Origin: an uncultured virus (IMG/VR IMGVR_UViG_3300020049_004016)
Taxonomy: Duplodnaviria; Heunggongvirae; Uroviricota; Caudoviricetes
Length of the DNA: 64,000 bases
Virus record (IMG/VR): IMGVR_UViG_3300020049_004016
Direction: 5' to 3' (one strand)
Shown here: one piece after another, positions 9,727-19,300 of the stretch
Numbering within the stretch: position 1 is the stretch's first letter
Layout of the letters: every line of letters starts with the position of its first letter
Program-made: the position numbers and the translations under genes
The notes under the pieces: model-generated
Seen by the model: the letters and a program-made list of their open reading frames with translations, nothing else
The model's database searches: none
Told to the model about the DNA's origin: nothing

Positions 9727-10542
9727 ATGGCTTACCCTACCGTAAGTGCTGCATACGGCTTAAAACCCGTAAATTTAATTGGGGGTCAGGTTTTCTCTGG
9801 CTCCACTAGAGCGTATCCTATTCAATACGCTTATGGCACAAGTATTTTTAATGGTGACCCAGTTGTTCTTGCAAGTGGAACTATTACTAAAGCGACCATT
9901 GCCGCTGCAACTACCGGTAAAGTAATTACCGGTATCTTTTTAGGTTGCTCTTTTACAGATCCTGTAACTAAGCAAAAACGCTTTTCACAATATTGGCCTG
10001 CTAGCACATTAGCCGGTGATGCAGTAGCTGTTGTTACTGATGACCCAGATACTGTGTTTAAGATCGTTATGTTATCAGCCGCTGGCGGTACTGTCACTTC
10101 TGGTTCACAAGCTTTGGTTGGTCTTAACGTAGCTGGCGCTGACGCTGCTGGTAGTGTAACTACTGGTAACTCTGCTGTTGGTGCTGTTACCCCAAGCGCT
10201 ACACCTAGCACAGGTTTGGCTTTCCGTGTTTTGGACACTGTTAAAGAAACTGCTATTAGTACACCTGTACCTAGCACTTCAACTACTACTGTTACTATTA
10301 CTGTTCCTGCCTTAACTGTACCTTTAATTATCGGTTCTGAAGTTAACTTCCTTGCTGCTAATGGTCAGTTGGTTAACACAGGTTCTTTCTTAACAGCGTC
10401 TTATGCTATTGGTGCAACTTCATTGGTTATGAATGCTGCTTCTGGTGTAACTATTCCGGCTTCTGCCACTTTAGTTATCACTCAATACCCTGAAGTTCTT
10501 GTAAAGATCAACTTCGGTATTCACTCATATTATGGCGCTTAA
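9727..10542 (+). CDS. Probable capsid decoration / minor head protein
   Basis: Strong RBS GGAGG; Ala/Thr/Gly-rich beta-type protein just upstream of the major capsid gene. Confidence 0.65.
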   Translation: MAYPTVSAAYGLKPVNLIGGQVFSGSTRAYPIQYAYGTSIFNGDPVVLASGTITKATIAAATTGKVITGIFLGCSFTDPVTKQKRFSQYWPASTLAGDAVAVVTDDPDTVFKIVMLSAAGGTVTSGSQALVGLNVAGADAAGSVTTGNSAVGAVTPSATPSTGLAFRVLDTVKETAISTPVPSTSTTTVTITVPALTVPLIIGSEVNFLAANGQLVNTGSFLTASYAIGATSLVMNAASGVTIPASATLVITQYPEVLVKINFGIHSYYGA

Positions 10543-10554
10543 GGAGCATAACAT

Positions 10555-11463
10555 ATGGCTATTTCACGTTCGCAACTATTAAAAGAATTGCTTCCGGGCT
10601 TAAACGCTCTGTTCGGTTTAGAGTACAATCGTTATGGTGAGCAACATAAAGAAATTTATGAAATCGAATCATCTGAGCGTTCTTTTGAAGAAGAAACAAA
10701 ATTGTCTGGCTTTGCTGCCGCTGCCGTTAAACCTGAAGGCTCAGCCATTCAGTATGACAATGCGCAAGAAGCTTGGACTGCTCGCTACAACCACGAGACC
10801 ATTGCATTAGGGTTCAGTTTGACACAAGAGGCTATCGAGGACAATCTTTATGACTCGCTTTCAGCCAGATATGTTAAAGCATTGGCCCGTGCTATGGCTT
10901 ACACCAAACAAGTAAAAGCTGCATCTACTCTTAACAATGGGTTTAATGCTGCATTTACTGGCGGTGATGGTCAGTCTTTGTTCTCATCTGCACATCCTTT
11001 GGTTAATGGTGGCACTAACAGCAACCAACCAACTACTGCTGCAGATTTAAACGAAACTTCTTTAGAAGCGGCTGTTATCCAAATCGCTGGTTGGACAGAC
11101 GAACGCGGTCTTTTGATTGCAGCTAAACCTAAGAAACTCGTAATCCCACCTGCACTACAGTTTGTTGCAACCCGTTTACTGGAAACAGAACAACGTGTAG
11201 GCACTGCTGACAATGATTTGAACGCCATCAAATCAAATGGTGTTATCCCTGGCGGCTACACTGTTAATAATTTTTTAACGGATAGTAACGCCTGGTTCTT
11301 AACAACAGATGTTCCTAACGGATTAAAAATGTTTGTTAGAGCACCTATATCCAATGACATGCAGGGGGATTTCGATACTGGCAACGTGCGTTATCGCAGT
11401 AGAGAAAGATACTCGGTGGGGTATTCTGATCCGTTAGGTATGTTTGGGTCTGCTGGCGCTTAG
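10555..11463 (+). CDS. Major capsid protein (Mu gpT-like, HK97 fold)
   Basis: MAISRSQLLKELLPGLNALFGLEY...PKKLVIPPAL...FLTDSNAWFL...GDFDTGNVRYRSRERYS; followed by a terminator. Confidence 0.9.
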   Translation: MAISRSQLLKELLPGLNALFGLEYNRYGEQHKEIYEIESSERSFEEETKLSGFAAAAVKPEGSAIQYDNAQEAWTARYNHETIALGFSLTQEAIEDNLYDSLSARYVKALARAMAYTKQVKAASTLNNGFNAAFTGGDGQSLFSSAHPLVNGGTNSNQPTTAADLNETSLEAAVIQIAGWTDERGLLIAAKPKKLVIPPALQFVATRLLETEQRVGTADNDLNAIKSNGVIPGGYTVNNFLTDSNAWFLTTDVPNGLKMFVRAPISNDMQGDFDTGNVRYRSRERYSVGYSDPLGMFGSAGA

Positions 11464-11491
11464 TATATAAATCAACAACTTAGCTTAAATT

Positions 11492-11518
11492 AAAGCCCTC
11501 TCCGGAGGGCTTTTTTAT
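11492..11518 (+). terminator. Rho-independent terminator after the capsid gene
   Basis: AAAGCCCTC-TCCG-GAGGGCTTTTTT. Confidence 0.9.
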
Positions 11519-11610
11519 GTCCGAAAAAAAATAAATTAAAGAAACCACTTGTTTCTTTAATATTAACATGTCATACTGTTTTCAAGGTTTAATTTTTAAT
11601 TGGAAATGAT

Positions 11611-13140
11611 GTGATGATAAATAAGATGAATAGTCCTTTATTTGAAAAAGGTCTTACAAAATGGAACACATATATAGCTAACTATGTTGGCAAATATGAT
11701 TTTTCAAATTCTGTTTACGCAGGTATGAATAATAAAATTTTTTTCATATGCCCAAAACATGGAAAAATAGATATGGATGCTAAAAATGTAATAAGTGGAA
11801 AAACCTGTAAAAAATGTTCTTTTGAAGAACGTGGAGGTAAAAAAAGAACAACACAAACAACTTATATTGCAAGAGCATCTTTGGCTCATAAGAATAAATA
11901 TACCTATGAACATGTAAAATATTCAGGTCTTAAAAATAAAATAAAAATAGTTTGCCCAGAACATGGAATATTTGAACAGACAGCTGATGATCACATAAAT
12001 GGCGCTGGGTGTAAAAAATGTTTTCACACTTATCGTAGGGGTAAATCTCAAATAGACACACTGGATAGTTTTAATGAAAAATTAAACAATGCTTTTTCTG
12101 GATGTTTAAAACTTTTGTCTAAAGAATATTTAAACAGTCAAGAAGATATATTTGTTACATGCACAAAACACGGTGGAGAATTGATATCTAAACCTTATAG
12201 GTTGTCGGCTGGTGAAAACCCATGCGCTAAGTGTAATCATATGAAATCTGCTCCTGAACAAGCAATTGCAGATTATTTGAGTATTTTCACACCTATACTA
12301 CAAAGAGATAGATCGCTAATAAGCCCAAAAGAACTGGATATTTATATTCCCACTGCAAATCTAGCTATTGAGTTTCATGGTATGTTTTGGCACTCACATT
12401 TTGAAGCTGAAACTGAAGATAAAGATAAATATAAAACATACAATAAATACAAATCTTGTGCGGAGAAAGACGTTAGGCTTATCACCATATACGAAACAGA
12501 ATGGCAAAACAGGCAACCTCAAATAAAAAGACTGCTTAGAAATGCGATAGGTAAAACAAAAGGTAAGTTGATGGCTCGTAAGTGTCAAGCATCTATGGTT
12601 CCACACACAGAAGCCAAAGCGTTCTTTGAAAAATATCATCCTCAAGGCGGTGACGGCTCAGGCACACACTATGGTATTTATTGGAAAACAAAGTTAGTAG
12701 CCTGTATGCGATTTTCTTTAGGATCAAATGATAGGGGAAATACAAAAACAAGAGACTGGACTTTGTCTCGATACGCCACGCGAGTTAATGTTCTTGGTGG
12801 GGCATCTAAACTATTTAAAGCGTTTGTAAAAGAACAAGATCCTGATCTTATAAAATCTTTTTCAGACAATAGGTATTTCTCTGGCGGCATGTACGAACAA
12901 CTTGGTTTTGAGTTGGTATCAGAATCAATGCCAGACTATCAGGTTTGGAGTCAGAAAAAAGGTTTATTTCCAAAGTCTCATTATCAAAGAAGAAACATCC
13001 AAAAGAGATTGTTAGAACATGGTAAAGATGAGAAGTATGATCACGAAACAGATGAGCGAACCGAAAGAGAAATGACCTATTTAATGGGCGCAGGTAGGAT
13101 ATATGACTGTGGTAAAAAGAAATGGGTTTGGACAAAATAA
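11611..13140 (+). CDS. Hef-like homing endonuclease (3 zinc ribbons, Vsr/PD-(D/E)xK-type nuclease, GNAT-like C-terminus)
   Basis: CPKHG..CKKC, CPEHG..CKKC, CTKHG..CAKC; ELDIYIP..NLAIEFHGMFWHS; LSRYAT..VLGGASKLF..SFSDNRY..YEQLGF; AT-rich. Confidence 0.8.
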   Translation: MMINKMNSPLFEKGLTKWNTYIANYVGKYDFSNSVYAGMNNKIFFICPKHGKIDMDAKNVISGKTCKKCSFEERGGKKRTTQTTYIARASLAHKNKYTYEHVKYSGLKNKIKIVCPEHGIFEQTADDHINGAGCKKCFHTYRRGKSQIDTLDSFNEKLNNAFSGCLKLLSKEYLNSQEDIFVTCTKHGGELISKPYRLSAGENPCAKCNHMKSAPEQAIADYLSIFTPILQRDRSLISPKELDIYIPTANLAIEFHGMFWHSHFEAETEDKDKYKTYNKYKSCAEKDVRLITIYETEWQNRQPQIKRLLRNAIGKTKGKLMARKCQASMVPHTEAKAFFEKYHPQGGDGSGTHYGIYWKTKLVACMRFSLGSNDRGNTKTRDWTLSRYATRVNVLGGASKLFKAFVKEQDPDLIKSFSDNRYFSGGMYEQLGFELVSESMPDYQVWSQKKGLFPKSHYQRRNIQKRLLEHGKDEKYDHETDERTEREMTYLMGAGRIYDCGKKKWVWTK

Positions 13141-13145
13141 ACATC

Positions 13146-13174
13146 TTGCAAACACTCTAAAAAGGTAGTATAAG
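13146..13174 (+). promoter_or_regulatory. sigma70-like promoter
   Basis: TTGCAA-N17-TATAAG just upstream of the structured leader. Confidence 0.6.
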
Positions 13175-13184
13175 TATCTTCATA

Positions 13185-13260
13185 CCGAGATAAAATTCGG
13201 CTTAATAGACTGCTCTCGGCAGACGCATAGAAGACTATTAGGCTTAACTTTCTATGAAGG
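13185..13260 (+). ncRNA. Pseudoknotted structured RNA leader, candidate Mu-gpT-DE-like motif
   Basis: Crossing helices CCGAGA/TCTCGG, GCTTAATAG/CTATTAGGC and CATAGAA/TTCTATG; downstream of a gpT-like capsid gene. Confidence 0.6.
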
Positions 13261-13267
13261 AACTATC

Positions 13268-13753
13268 ATGTCAAGAACTACCTTTTCAGGCCCAATTAAA
13301 GCTGGAACAGTCCGTAACAACAAGTACAATAATGTAGGTTTTACTGTTTTACGCCAAACAGAATTAGTCACTTTTAACACTACGTTAAAATCAGAAAACA
13401 TTATCTATTTACCCTCTGGCTCTAATATCTTAAACGTAGCAGTTGATGTTATTACTGCGTTTGATTCTGCTACTTCCGCGACACTAACCATTGGTAAGAC
13501 TTCTGCTGGCACAGATTATGTTTCTGGTGTCAACGCCAAAACTGCGGCTAGAACCATTCCTACTTTCACTGCCGCTCAGTTGCTTGCAATGCAATCAACA
13601 CCTGTTGATATATCTTCTTCAGTGACAGGCGAAGCACCTTGTTCTATTTTATATACAACCATCACTTCTGTTGGTCAACCAACTGCGGGCTCTGTCTACG
13701 TCACTATCCAATACACTCAAGCTGACGATCGCGCCACAGCCTCTACACAATAA
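13268..13753 (+). CDS. Virion structural protein
   Basis: MSRTTFSGPIKAG N-terminus; Thr/Ala-rich; late operon. Confidence 0.65.
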   Translation: MSRTTFSGPIKAGTVRNNKYNNVGFTVLRQTELVTFNTTLKSENIIYLPSGSNILNVAVDVITAFDSATSATLTIGKTSAGTDYVSGVNAKTAARTIPTFTAAQLLAMQSTPVDISSSVTGEAPCSILYTTITSVGQPTAGSVYVTIQYTQADDRATASTQ

Positions 13754-13766
13754 GTAGGAGACTGAA

Positions 13767-14084
13767 ATGAGTATGCAAACTGACGTTAAGAGCGTCCATG
13801 CTAATGGTGGTACGACAGGTGTAGCGGTATCATTATTAACAGGGCGCTTTAGGGTAAAGAGTGTTGTTATTGCTGGCGGTGCAGGATCAGGTACAGTTAA
13901 ACTTTCTGACGGAGCCACTTCTACAAATGCAGCTGTCGGTAATGTTGAATTAGAACTTGATACCGGAGCAAACTCAAACGTAGCTAATGTACTACTACCA
14001 GGTGAAGGTATTCTGTTTGAAAATGGTGTTTGGTATACCCCTACAACCGTCGTACCGATTGGTATCACCGTTATCTACGCATAG
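13767..14084 (+). CDS. Small virion protein
   Basis: MQTDVKS...LPGEGILFENGV; RBS AGGAG. Confidence 0.65.
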   Translation: MSMQTDVKSVHANGGTTGVAVSLLTGRFRVKSVVIAGGAGSGTVKLSDGATSTNAAVGNVELELDTGANSNVANVLLPGEGILFENGVWYTPTTVVPIGITVIYA

Positions 14085-14093
14085 GTTATACTG

Positions 14094-14351
14094 ATGGAAC
14101 ATCAACGAGCAACTGACCCTGAAGTTCGAACTGCAAGAGAACTAGCAGAACACGGCTCTGATATCAAACATCTACAGGCCGATATGGACAAGATGAGTGA
14201 TGATATGGAAGAGGTTAAAAAGTCTCTTCAGAATATTAACAAGACACTTGCTGAGGCTCAAGGTGGTTGGAAGGTGATGATGCTGGTTGGTGGGTTTGGT
14301 GCAGCGATCGGTAGTCTGGTCGCATGGATAATCAACTTTCTTAAAGTATAA
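14094..14351 (+). CDS. Coiled-coil protein with C-terminal TM helix (holin/XhlA-like)
   Basis: Heptad region followed by GGWKVMMLVGGFGAAIGSLVAWII. Confidence 0.55.
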   Translation: MEHQRATDPEVRTARELAEHGSDIKHLQADMDKMSDDMEEVKKSLQNINKTLAEAQGGWKVMMLVGGFGAAIGSLVAWIINFLKV

Positions 14352-14353
14352 TT

Positions 14354-14635
14354 ATGGCAACTAAAAAAGCGCCAGTCTTATCGGTTGGTCGAGGCGAAAA
14401 GTTACCTGTATCGAAAGGTGCAGGTTTGACTGCTAAAGGTCGCGCTGCTTATAATTCAGCAACCGGATCAAACTTGAAAGCACCTGCACCACACCCTAAA
14501 ACCAAAGCGGACGAAGGTCGGAAGAAATCATTTTGCTCAAGAATGACAGGGGCTCCAGGTCCGATGAAAGATGAGAAGGGTAACCCTACTCGTAAAGCAG
14601 CCTCATTAAAAAGGTGGAACTGCGGTGCCAAGTAA
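14354..14635 (+). CDS. Small basic phage protein (DUF6321-like)
   Basis: GAGLTAKGRAAYN..GSNLKAP..RKKSFCSRM..SLKRWNC. Confidence 0.65.
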   Translation: MATKKAPVLSVGRGEKLPVSKGAGLTAKGRAAYNSATGSNLKAPAPHPKTKADEGRKKSFCSRMTGAPGPMKDEKGNPTRKAASLKRWNCGAK

Positions 14636-15005
14636 ATCGGATAAGCAAGCGAAGTTTATGCGAGCAATAGCGCATAGTCCTGAGTTCGCTAAGAAAGCAG
14701 GTGTACCACAAAGTGTAGGAAAAGAATTTGTATCTGCCGATAAAGGCAAAAAATTTAAAACAGGTGGCGAGATGAAAAGTAAACCCGATCTAAAAAAGTT
14801 GTTCAAAGGTAAAGAGTCAGTTAAAGAAGAACTGAAAGAAGCCAAAGCAATAAAGTCTGGTAAGATCAGCCCGATGCAATATGCTAAAGGTGAAGAGTCT
14901 GAAAAGAAAATGAAAAAAGGCGGTTCATGTTACGCTAAAGGTGGATTGACAGGTCGTGGTGATGGTATCGCTTCTAAAGGCAAAACCAAGTGTAAGGTGA
15001 TCTAA
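14625..15005 (+). CDS. Lys-rich small protein with xKGG motifs
   Basis: FKTGG, MKKGG, YAKGG; C-terminus RGDGIASKGKTKC shared with the next gene. Confidence 0.65.
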   Translation: MPSKSDKQAKFMRAIAHSPEFAKKAGVPQSVGKEFVSADKGKKFKTGGEMKSKPDLKKLFKGKESVKEELKEAKAIKSGKISPMQYAKGEESEKKMKKGGSCYAKGGLTGRGDGIASKGKTKCKVI

Positions 15006-15006
15006 T

Positions 15007-15273
15007 ATGAGAAACGCTAACAAAGATGAAATGGCTAATGCTGACCTACAAAGAAAGATGGTCAACCAACCACGCACCGCACCTAAAGCTAAACCCGTAG
15101 CGAAGTCTACCTTCAAACCAAAAGTGTCTGATGAAGCTAACGATACCTTGCGCCCTGAAGACATGCAAAAGATGAAGAAGGGTGGTAAAACCAAGTGTAT
15201 GGCTAAAGGCGGTTTAACAAGTCGCGGTGACGGTATTGCCTCTAAGGGCAAAACCAAGTGTAAGTACGTTTAA
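15007..15273 (+). CDS. Lys-rich small protein, paralogous C-terminus to the upstream gene
   Basis: MKKGG, MAKGGLTSRGDGIASKGKTKCK. Confidence 0.65.
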   Translation: MRNANKDEMANADLQRKMVNQPRTAPKAKPVAKSTFKPKVSDEANDTLRPEDMQKMKKGGKTKCMAKGGLTSRGDGIASKGKTKCKYV

Positions 15274-15286
15274 TTAGGAACCCTAT

Positions 15287-17380
15287 ATGTCTGATGTAAA
15301 AATCTCTGGATTACCAAGCTCAACAGGTGTAACCCCTGCATCAGACTATATTCCTATTGTCCATAACGGTACGACTGAGAAGATTACCCCTGACCAGTTG
15401 ATCTCAGGGATAGGTTTAGCTACTGATTCCGAATTAGCCGCAGGTCTGGGATTAAAAACAAACATAACTGATTTAGCAGCAATCACCGGAGCAGCTTTAA
15501 TTGGCTTCCGACAATCTTCAATAGGTGCCACTGTTAGAACAGTTGACGCTAAATTAAAAGAAGAAATATCAGTATTAGATTTCGGTGCTGTAGGTGATGG
15601 CGTTACGGATGATACTGCGGCTTTTAATTTGTTTTGGCAAACAATAAAGGCAAGCAAAGTACAGATAGGGCCGGATAGTTATGTCACTATCGCTGGACTA
15701 ATCCCGAAAGGGACGTATTATATAGGATCATCTATAAACTGGACTAATCTAAACGCATATAATTTAGAAATATCCGCATATGGAGCCGTCTTACTTGGTA
15801 ATGTTGCTGGTGGTAATGTTATCGATATGATTGGTGTATTAGGAAGTCACATAAAAGGATTGACCATTGTAGGTGGTACAAGCAACACACCAAAAACAGC
15901 AGTTTTAGTCGGACCTATTGGTACGGCAACTTGTGGAATAAATAGTTTTGTAGATTGTAAATTCATAGGGTATTATACCCTCACATCTTTTTGGAATATA
16001 GGTTCTGAAACAACGGAATATACAGGCTGTAGATTTAGTAATAGTTATATTGGAGCATCTTCTTATTCATACATAGGTGATGGGGTAAATAGATTTGGAG
16101 CGGCCAGTAGTTATCAAACCATTAGAAGTCCTAATGTTTCTGTAAGTTTTACTGCTAATAGTTTTAAACAATGTTCATTTAGAAATTGGTCAACAGTTAA
16201 TACAGGTGCATCCGTTTATTTAGAATATACAAATACTTGGAGTTTTGACAAAGCATGTTATTTTCTAGCTTTTACCAACGCTAATTTAATCATACGATTA
16301 GGGACAGATAGTGTAACACTTGGGTTATCTTTAAAAGGATTGTTTGAATCAAGCTTATTAACAGGTTTAGATTATTGTGTAAAGTTTTTAGTCCCTACCG
16401 GTGAAAGCGCAACGTGTTATGATAATGATTTTGATTTTACCTATCCAACACCAAAAACGTCTGTAATAAAACTTGAAGATATTGTTGGGGGAACACCGGG
16501 TACTTTAGTTTTTACAGGTACAGTTAGGATTGTTAACTCATCGCTTGGGGCAATAACTCTGTTTGATGCAGAAACAATGACCTATTTGGGGGATTTACAT
16601 TGTAAGGCCGCGACCACAATTAATATACAAAATTTATCCGCATTTAAAGGTATTATTTACACAGACACAAAAACAAGCATCCAAGGACCTACCGCTGGAA
16701 ATAATGATAGTAACATTATTATTATAGATAAAAACTCAGGAAACTTAAGCTTTATATCAAATAATCCAGTTTTTCATTGTATGTCCAATGCAGAGACTTC
16801 AGGGAGTTTAGTGTTATCAAGAGCGTTAGGTCAAGCTGATAGATCAAGTAATATTTCAGTGTCTAACTCATCAACGACGGCTAATAATAACATTCAATTA
16901 CAGGTTCATACTGGAACTGTTGGGAATAGATATAACACCTTGACCGCTAAAGGTGATGGGCATGTTTATATTGGTGACATTGCCAATAGTAATATATTTA
17001 ATTTTCAACCTGATTTAACAGGATCAGGATCACCTGCATTAATTGTTTCTGGAACGGCAACAAATTCTGGATTATCTTTTGCCACAAAAGGCAGTGGGGA
17101 TAGTTTTTTTTCAAGTGGGCAAGGATTATATCCATCGTTTTTAATACAAGGTGTTGCTTCATCTGTTAACTATATTAAAGCAACCCCCTCTGTATCGGGA
17201 GCAGCGGCTTCTTTTGAGTGTCTGTCAAGTGTAGATGCAAATATAGATTTACAATTGATACCCAAGGGCACAGGGAATATAAAATTTGGGGCATACACTG
17301 CGACTCCAGGTGCAACAACTGGATATATTACAATTAAAGACTCTGCCGGTAATCTTAGAAAGTTAGCAGTAATCGCATAA
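15287..17380 (+). CDS. Tail spike/fibre with pectate-lyase-like beta-helix
   Basis: ISVLDFGAVGDGVTDDTAAF motif; AT-rich central domain. Confidence 0.8.
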   Translation: MSDVKISGLPSSTGVTPASDYIPIVHNGTTEKITPDQLISGIGLATDSELAAGLGLKTNITDLAAITGAALIGFRQSSIGATVRTVDAKLKEEISVLDFGAVGDGVTDDTAAFNLFWQTIKASKVQIGPDSYVTIAGLIPKGTYYIGSSINWTNLNAYNLEISAYGAVLLGNVAGGNVIDMIGVLGSHIKGLTIVGGTSNTPKTAVLVGPIGTATCGINSFVDCKFIGYYTLTSFWNIGSETTEYTGCRFSNSYIGASSYSYIGDGVNRFGAASSYQTIRSPNVSVSFTANSFKQCSFRNWSTVNTGASVYLEYTNTWSFDKACYFLAFTNANLIIRLGTDSVTLGLSLKGLFESSLLTGLDYCVKFLVPTGESATCYDNDFDFTYPTPKTSVIKLEDIVGGTPGTLVFTGTVRIVNSSLGAITLFDAETMTYLGDLHCKAATTINIQNLSAFKGIIYTDTKTSIQGPTAGNNDSNIIIIDKNSGNLSFISNNPVFHCMSNAETSGSLVLSRALGQADRSSNISVSNSSTTANNNIQLQVHTGTVGNRYNTLTAKGDGHVYIGDIANSNIFNFQPDLTGSGSPALIVSGTATNSGLSFATKGSGDSFFSSGQGLYPSFLIQGVASSVNYIKATPSVSGAAASFECLSSVDANIDLQLIPKGTGNIKFGAYTATPGATTGYITIKDSAGNLRKLAVIA

Positions 17381-17535
17381 TGAGATTCTCTAGAGGTATG
17401 GGCGACATTAACCCAAGTAAAATTCCAAAGAAGATTGTTCGTAAGGACAACCCGAATAGTGTAGACTTGTACAAAAAAGGAGGGGTTGCCAAAAGCTTTC
17501 CTCCAGCCACTAAGTTTAAACAGGCTAAGAAATGA
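17380..17535 (+). CDS. Small basic protein (not in track)
   Basis: TAATG and ATGA overlaps on both sides; MRFSRGMGDINPSK...YKKGGV. Confidence 0.6.
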   Translation: MRFSRGMGDINPSKIPKKIVRKDNPNSVDLYKKGGVAKSFPPATKFKQAKK

Positions 17536-18212
17536 CAACGACGAATACCGCTACGTTCAATATGAGTCTCGATGAGATAATCGAAGAATGCTACGAACGC
17601 GTGGGTTCGGAAGCGAGATCGGGCTACGATTTCAAGACTGCTAGACGTTCACTTAATCTATTAACAATAGAATGGGCTTCAAAAGGCATAAATTTATGGC
17701 TCATAGAACAAGGCTCTATCCCTTTACTGACTAACATTGGCACGTATGATTTACCATCCGACACTATCGATTTGCTTGATCAAGTGGTACGTACAGGTAC
17801 CGGCACTACTCAAGTGGATATCAACTTATCTCGTATTTCTAGTTCTACTTACGCTACTATACCTGCTAAGAACACGTCGGCACGTCCTGTGCAGGTTTGG
17901 ATAAACAGACAAGCGCAAATACCACAAATCAACGTATGGCCTAAACCTAATAACGATAGTTATACGTTCGTCTATTGGCGCTTAAGACGTATCCAAGATG
18001 CCGGTAATGCGAGCAATACACAAGACATACCGTTTAGATTCTTACCTGCGCTGATCGCAGGGTTAGCATATCAGTTATCAATGAAGCTACCTGGCGTTGA
18101 TCCTAATCGTAGCGTTATGCTCAAAGCAGTTTATGATGAAGCGTTTCAAATCGCTAGTGAGGAAGATCGTGAAAAGGCATCTTTGCTTGTCGTCCCTAGG
18201 ATGCTTAGGTAG
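17532..18212 (+). CDS. Head-tail adaptor / tail tubular protein A-like
   Basis: TARRSLNLLTIEW..GINLW..RPVQVW..VWPKP..DIPFRFLPALIAGLAY. Confidence 0.7.
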   Translation: MTTTNTATFNMSLDEIIEECYERVGSEARSGYDFKTARRSLNLLTIEWASKGINLWLIEQGSIPLLTNIGTYDLPSDTIDLLDQVVRTGTGTTQVDINLSRISSSTYATIPAKNTSARPVQVWINRQAQIPQINVWPKPNNDSYTFVYWRLRRIQDAGNASNTQDIPFRFLPALIAGLAYQLSMKLPGVDPNRSVMLKAVYDEAFQIASEEDREKASLLVVPRMLR

Positions 18213-18292
18213 TGGCTATAAAATGTGTGACTGGTGTGGTTGACAATTGTGTGACTGATGTGATATACTCTAATTTTTATAGGAGAAATCAC

Positions 18293-18892
18293 ATGGCTAA
18301 TAAGTACACAGAAAACTCAGTTAAACATTTGGGTATATCTACAAAGTGCGGAGTATATATTCTTACCGAAACATTATCCGGTAGGACATATATTGGGAGT
18401 TCTAAAAATATGAGAACTAGAGTTGCTCATATTTTTAGCAAGTTAAAAACAATGTATCGACCTAGCCATTTGTATGAAAGTTTTACTGAAGCTTTTAACG
18501 CACATGGTAGTAAAATATTTTTAGCAAAAGAATTGGTGATATGTTCGGAAGAAAATTTATTAATGTATGAGCGAGCATGTATAGAAGCTTTTTGTCCAAC
18601 AGAAAACACACTTATGCGTAGTGATGGACGTATATGTTTTTCTGAAAAAGAAAGAGTTTTAAAAAGTGAAAGAGTAAAAGCGTTATGGGCTACCGAAGAA
18701 TATCGAAACAATGCTATAGCTGCTAGAAAAGGTAAAGCATATAATAAAGGTTATAAATGTACTCCGGCTCAAGTTGAAAATAGAAGAAAGGCTGCTCGAA
18801 TATCTAATATAAAAAGAAAGTTTGGTTTGGATTGGAAAGAGCAATACATATTAAAATACCCAGACTTTGCGGGTGATGTAAGTGACCGTTAA
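18293..18892 (+). CDS. Free-standing GIY-YIG homing endonuclease with its own promoter
   Basis: CGVYILTETLSGRTYIGSS..R; RBS AGGAGA before ATG 18293; TTGACA-N18-TATACT at 18240-18269. Confidence 0.85.
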   Translation: MANKYTENSVKHLGISTKCGVYILTETLSGRTYIGSSKNMRTRVAHIFSKLKTMYRPSHLYESFTEAFNAHGSKIFLAKELVICSEENLLMYERACIEAFCPTENTLMRSDGRICFSEKERVLKSERVKALWATEEYRNNAIAARKGKAYNKGYKCTPAQVENRRKAARISNIKRKFGLDWKEQYILKYPDFAGDVSDR

Positions 18893-19298
18893 GTACACAT
18901 CGGGTAAGTACACGAATTCGGCTTGCGATCGTTGCGCGGAGTGGGTTCGCCTTAGCACGCTTAAAAAGATTACTCTAAAAGATAACCGAACAAACATTAA
19001 AGTTTGTTCAAGATGTTGGGAGCCTAGCCACCCACAATTACGTTTAGGTCAGTATCCGGTTGTCGATCCGCAAGCGGTCAGAGAACCAAGACCGGACAGT
19101 CCTGAGACTGGTGTACATCTTAGTCCGTCTCTATTATGGGAAAATCAAGAAGCAACCAATATGGGTCTAATTGGTGGCTTCTTGATTCAAGAGAATGGTG
19201 GATCACTATTATTAGACGGTTATGTTGGTTATGATATAATCACACAAGACGGTTATTTTGTCTTTACACAAGATAACCTACAAGTTAACGCGGAGTAA
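18882..19298 (+). CDS. Zn-finger-containing virion-associated protein
   Basis: CDRC...CSRCWEPSHPQL...DPQAVREPRPD. Confidence 0.6.
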   Translation: MTVKYTSGKYTNSACDRCAEWVRLSTLKKITLKDNRTNIKVCSRCWEPSHPQLRLGQYPVVDPQAVREPRPDSPETGVHLSPSLLWENQEATNMGLIGGFLIQENGGSLLLDGYVGYDIITQDGYFVFTQDNLQVNAE

Positions 19299-19300
19299 AT

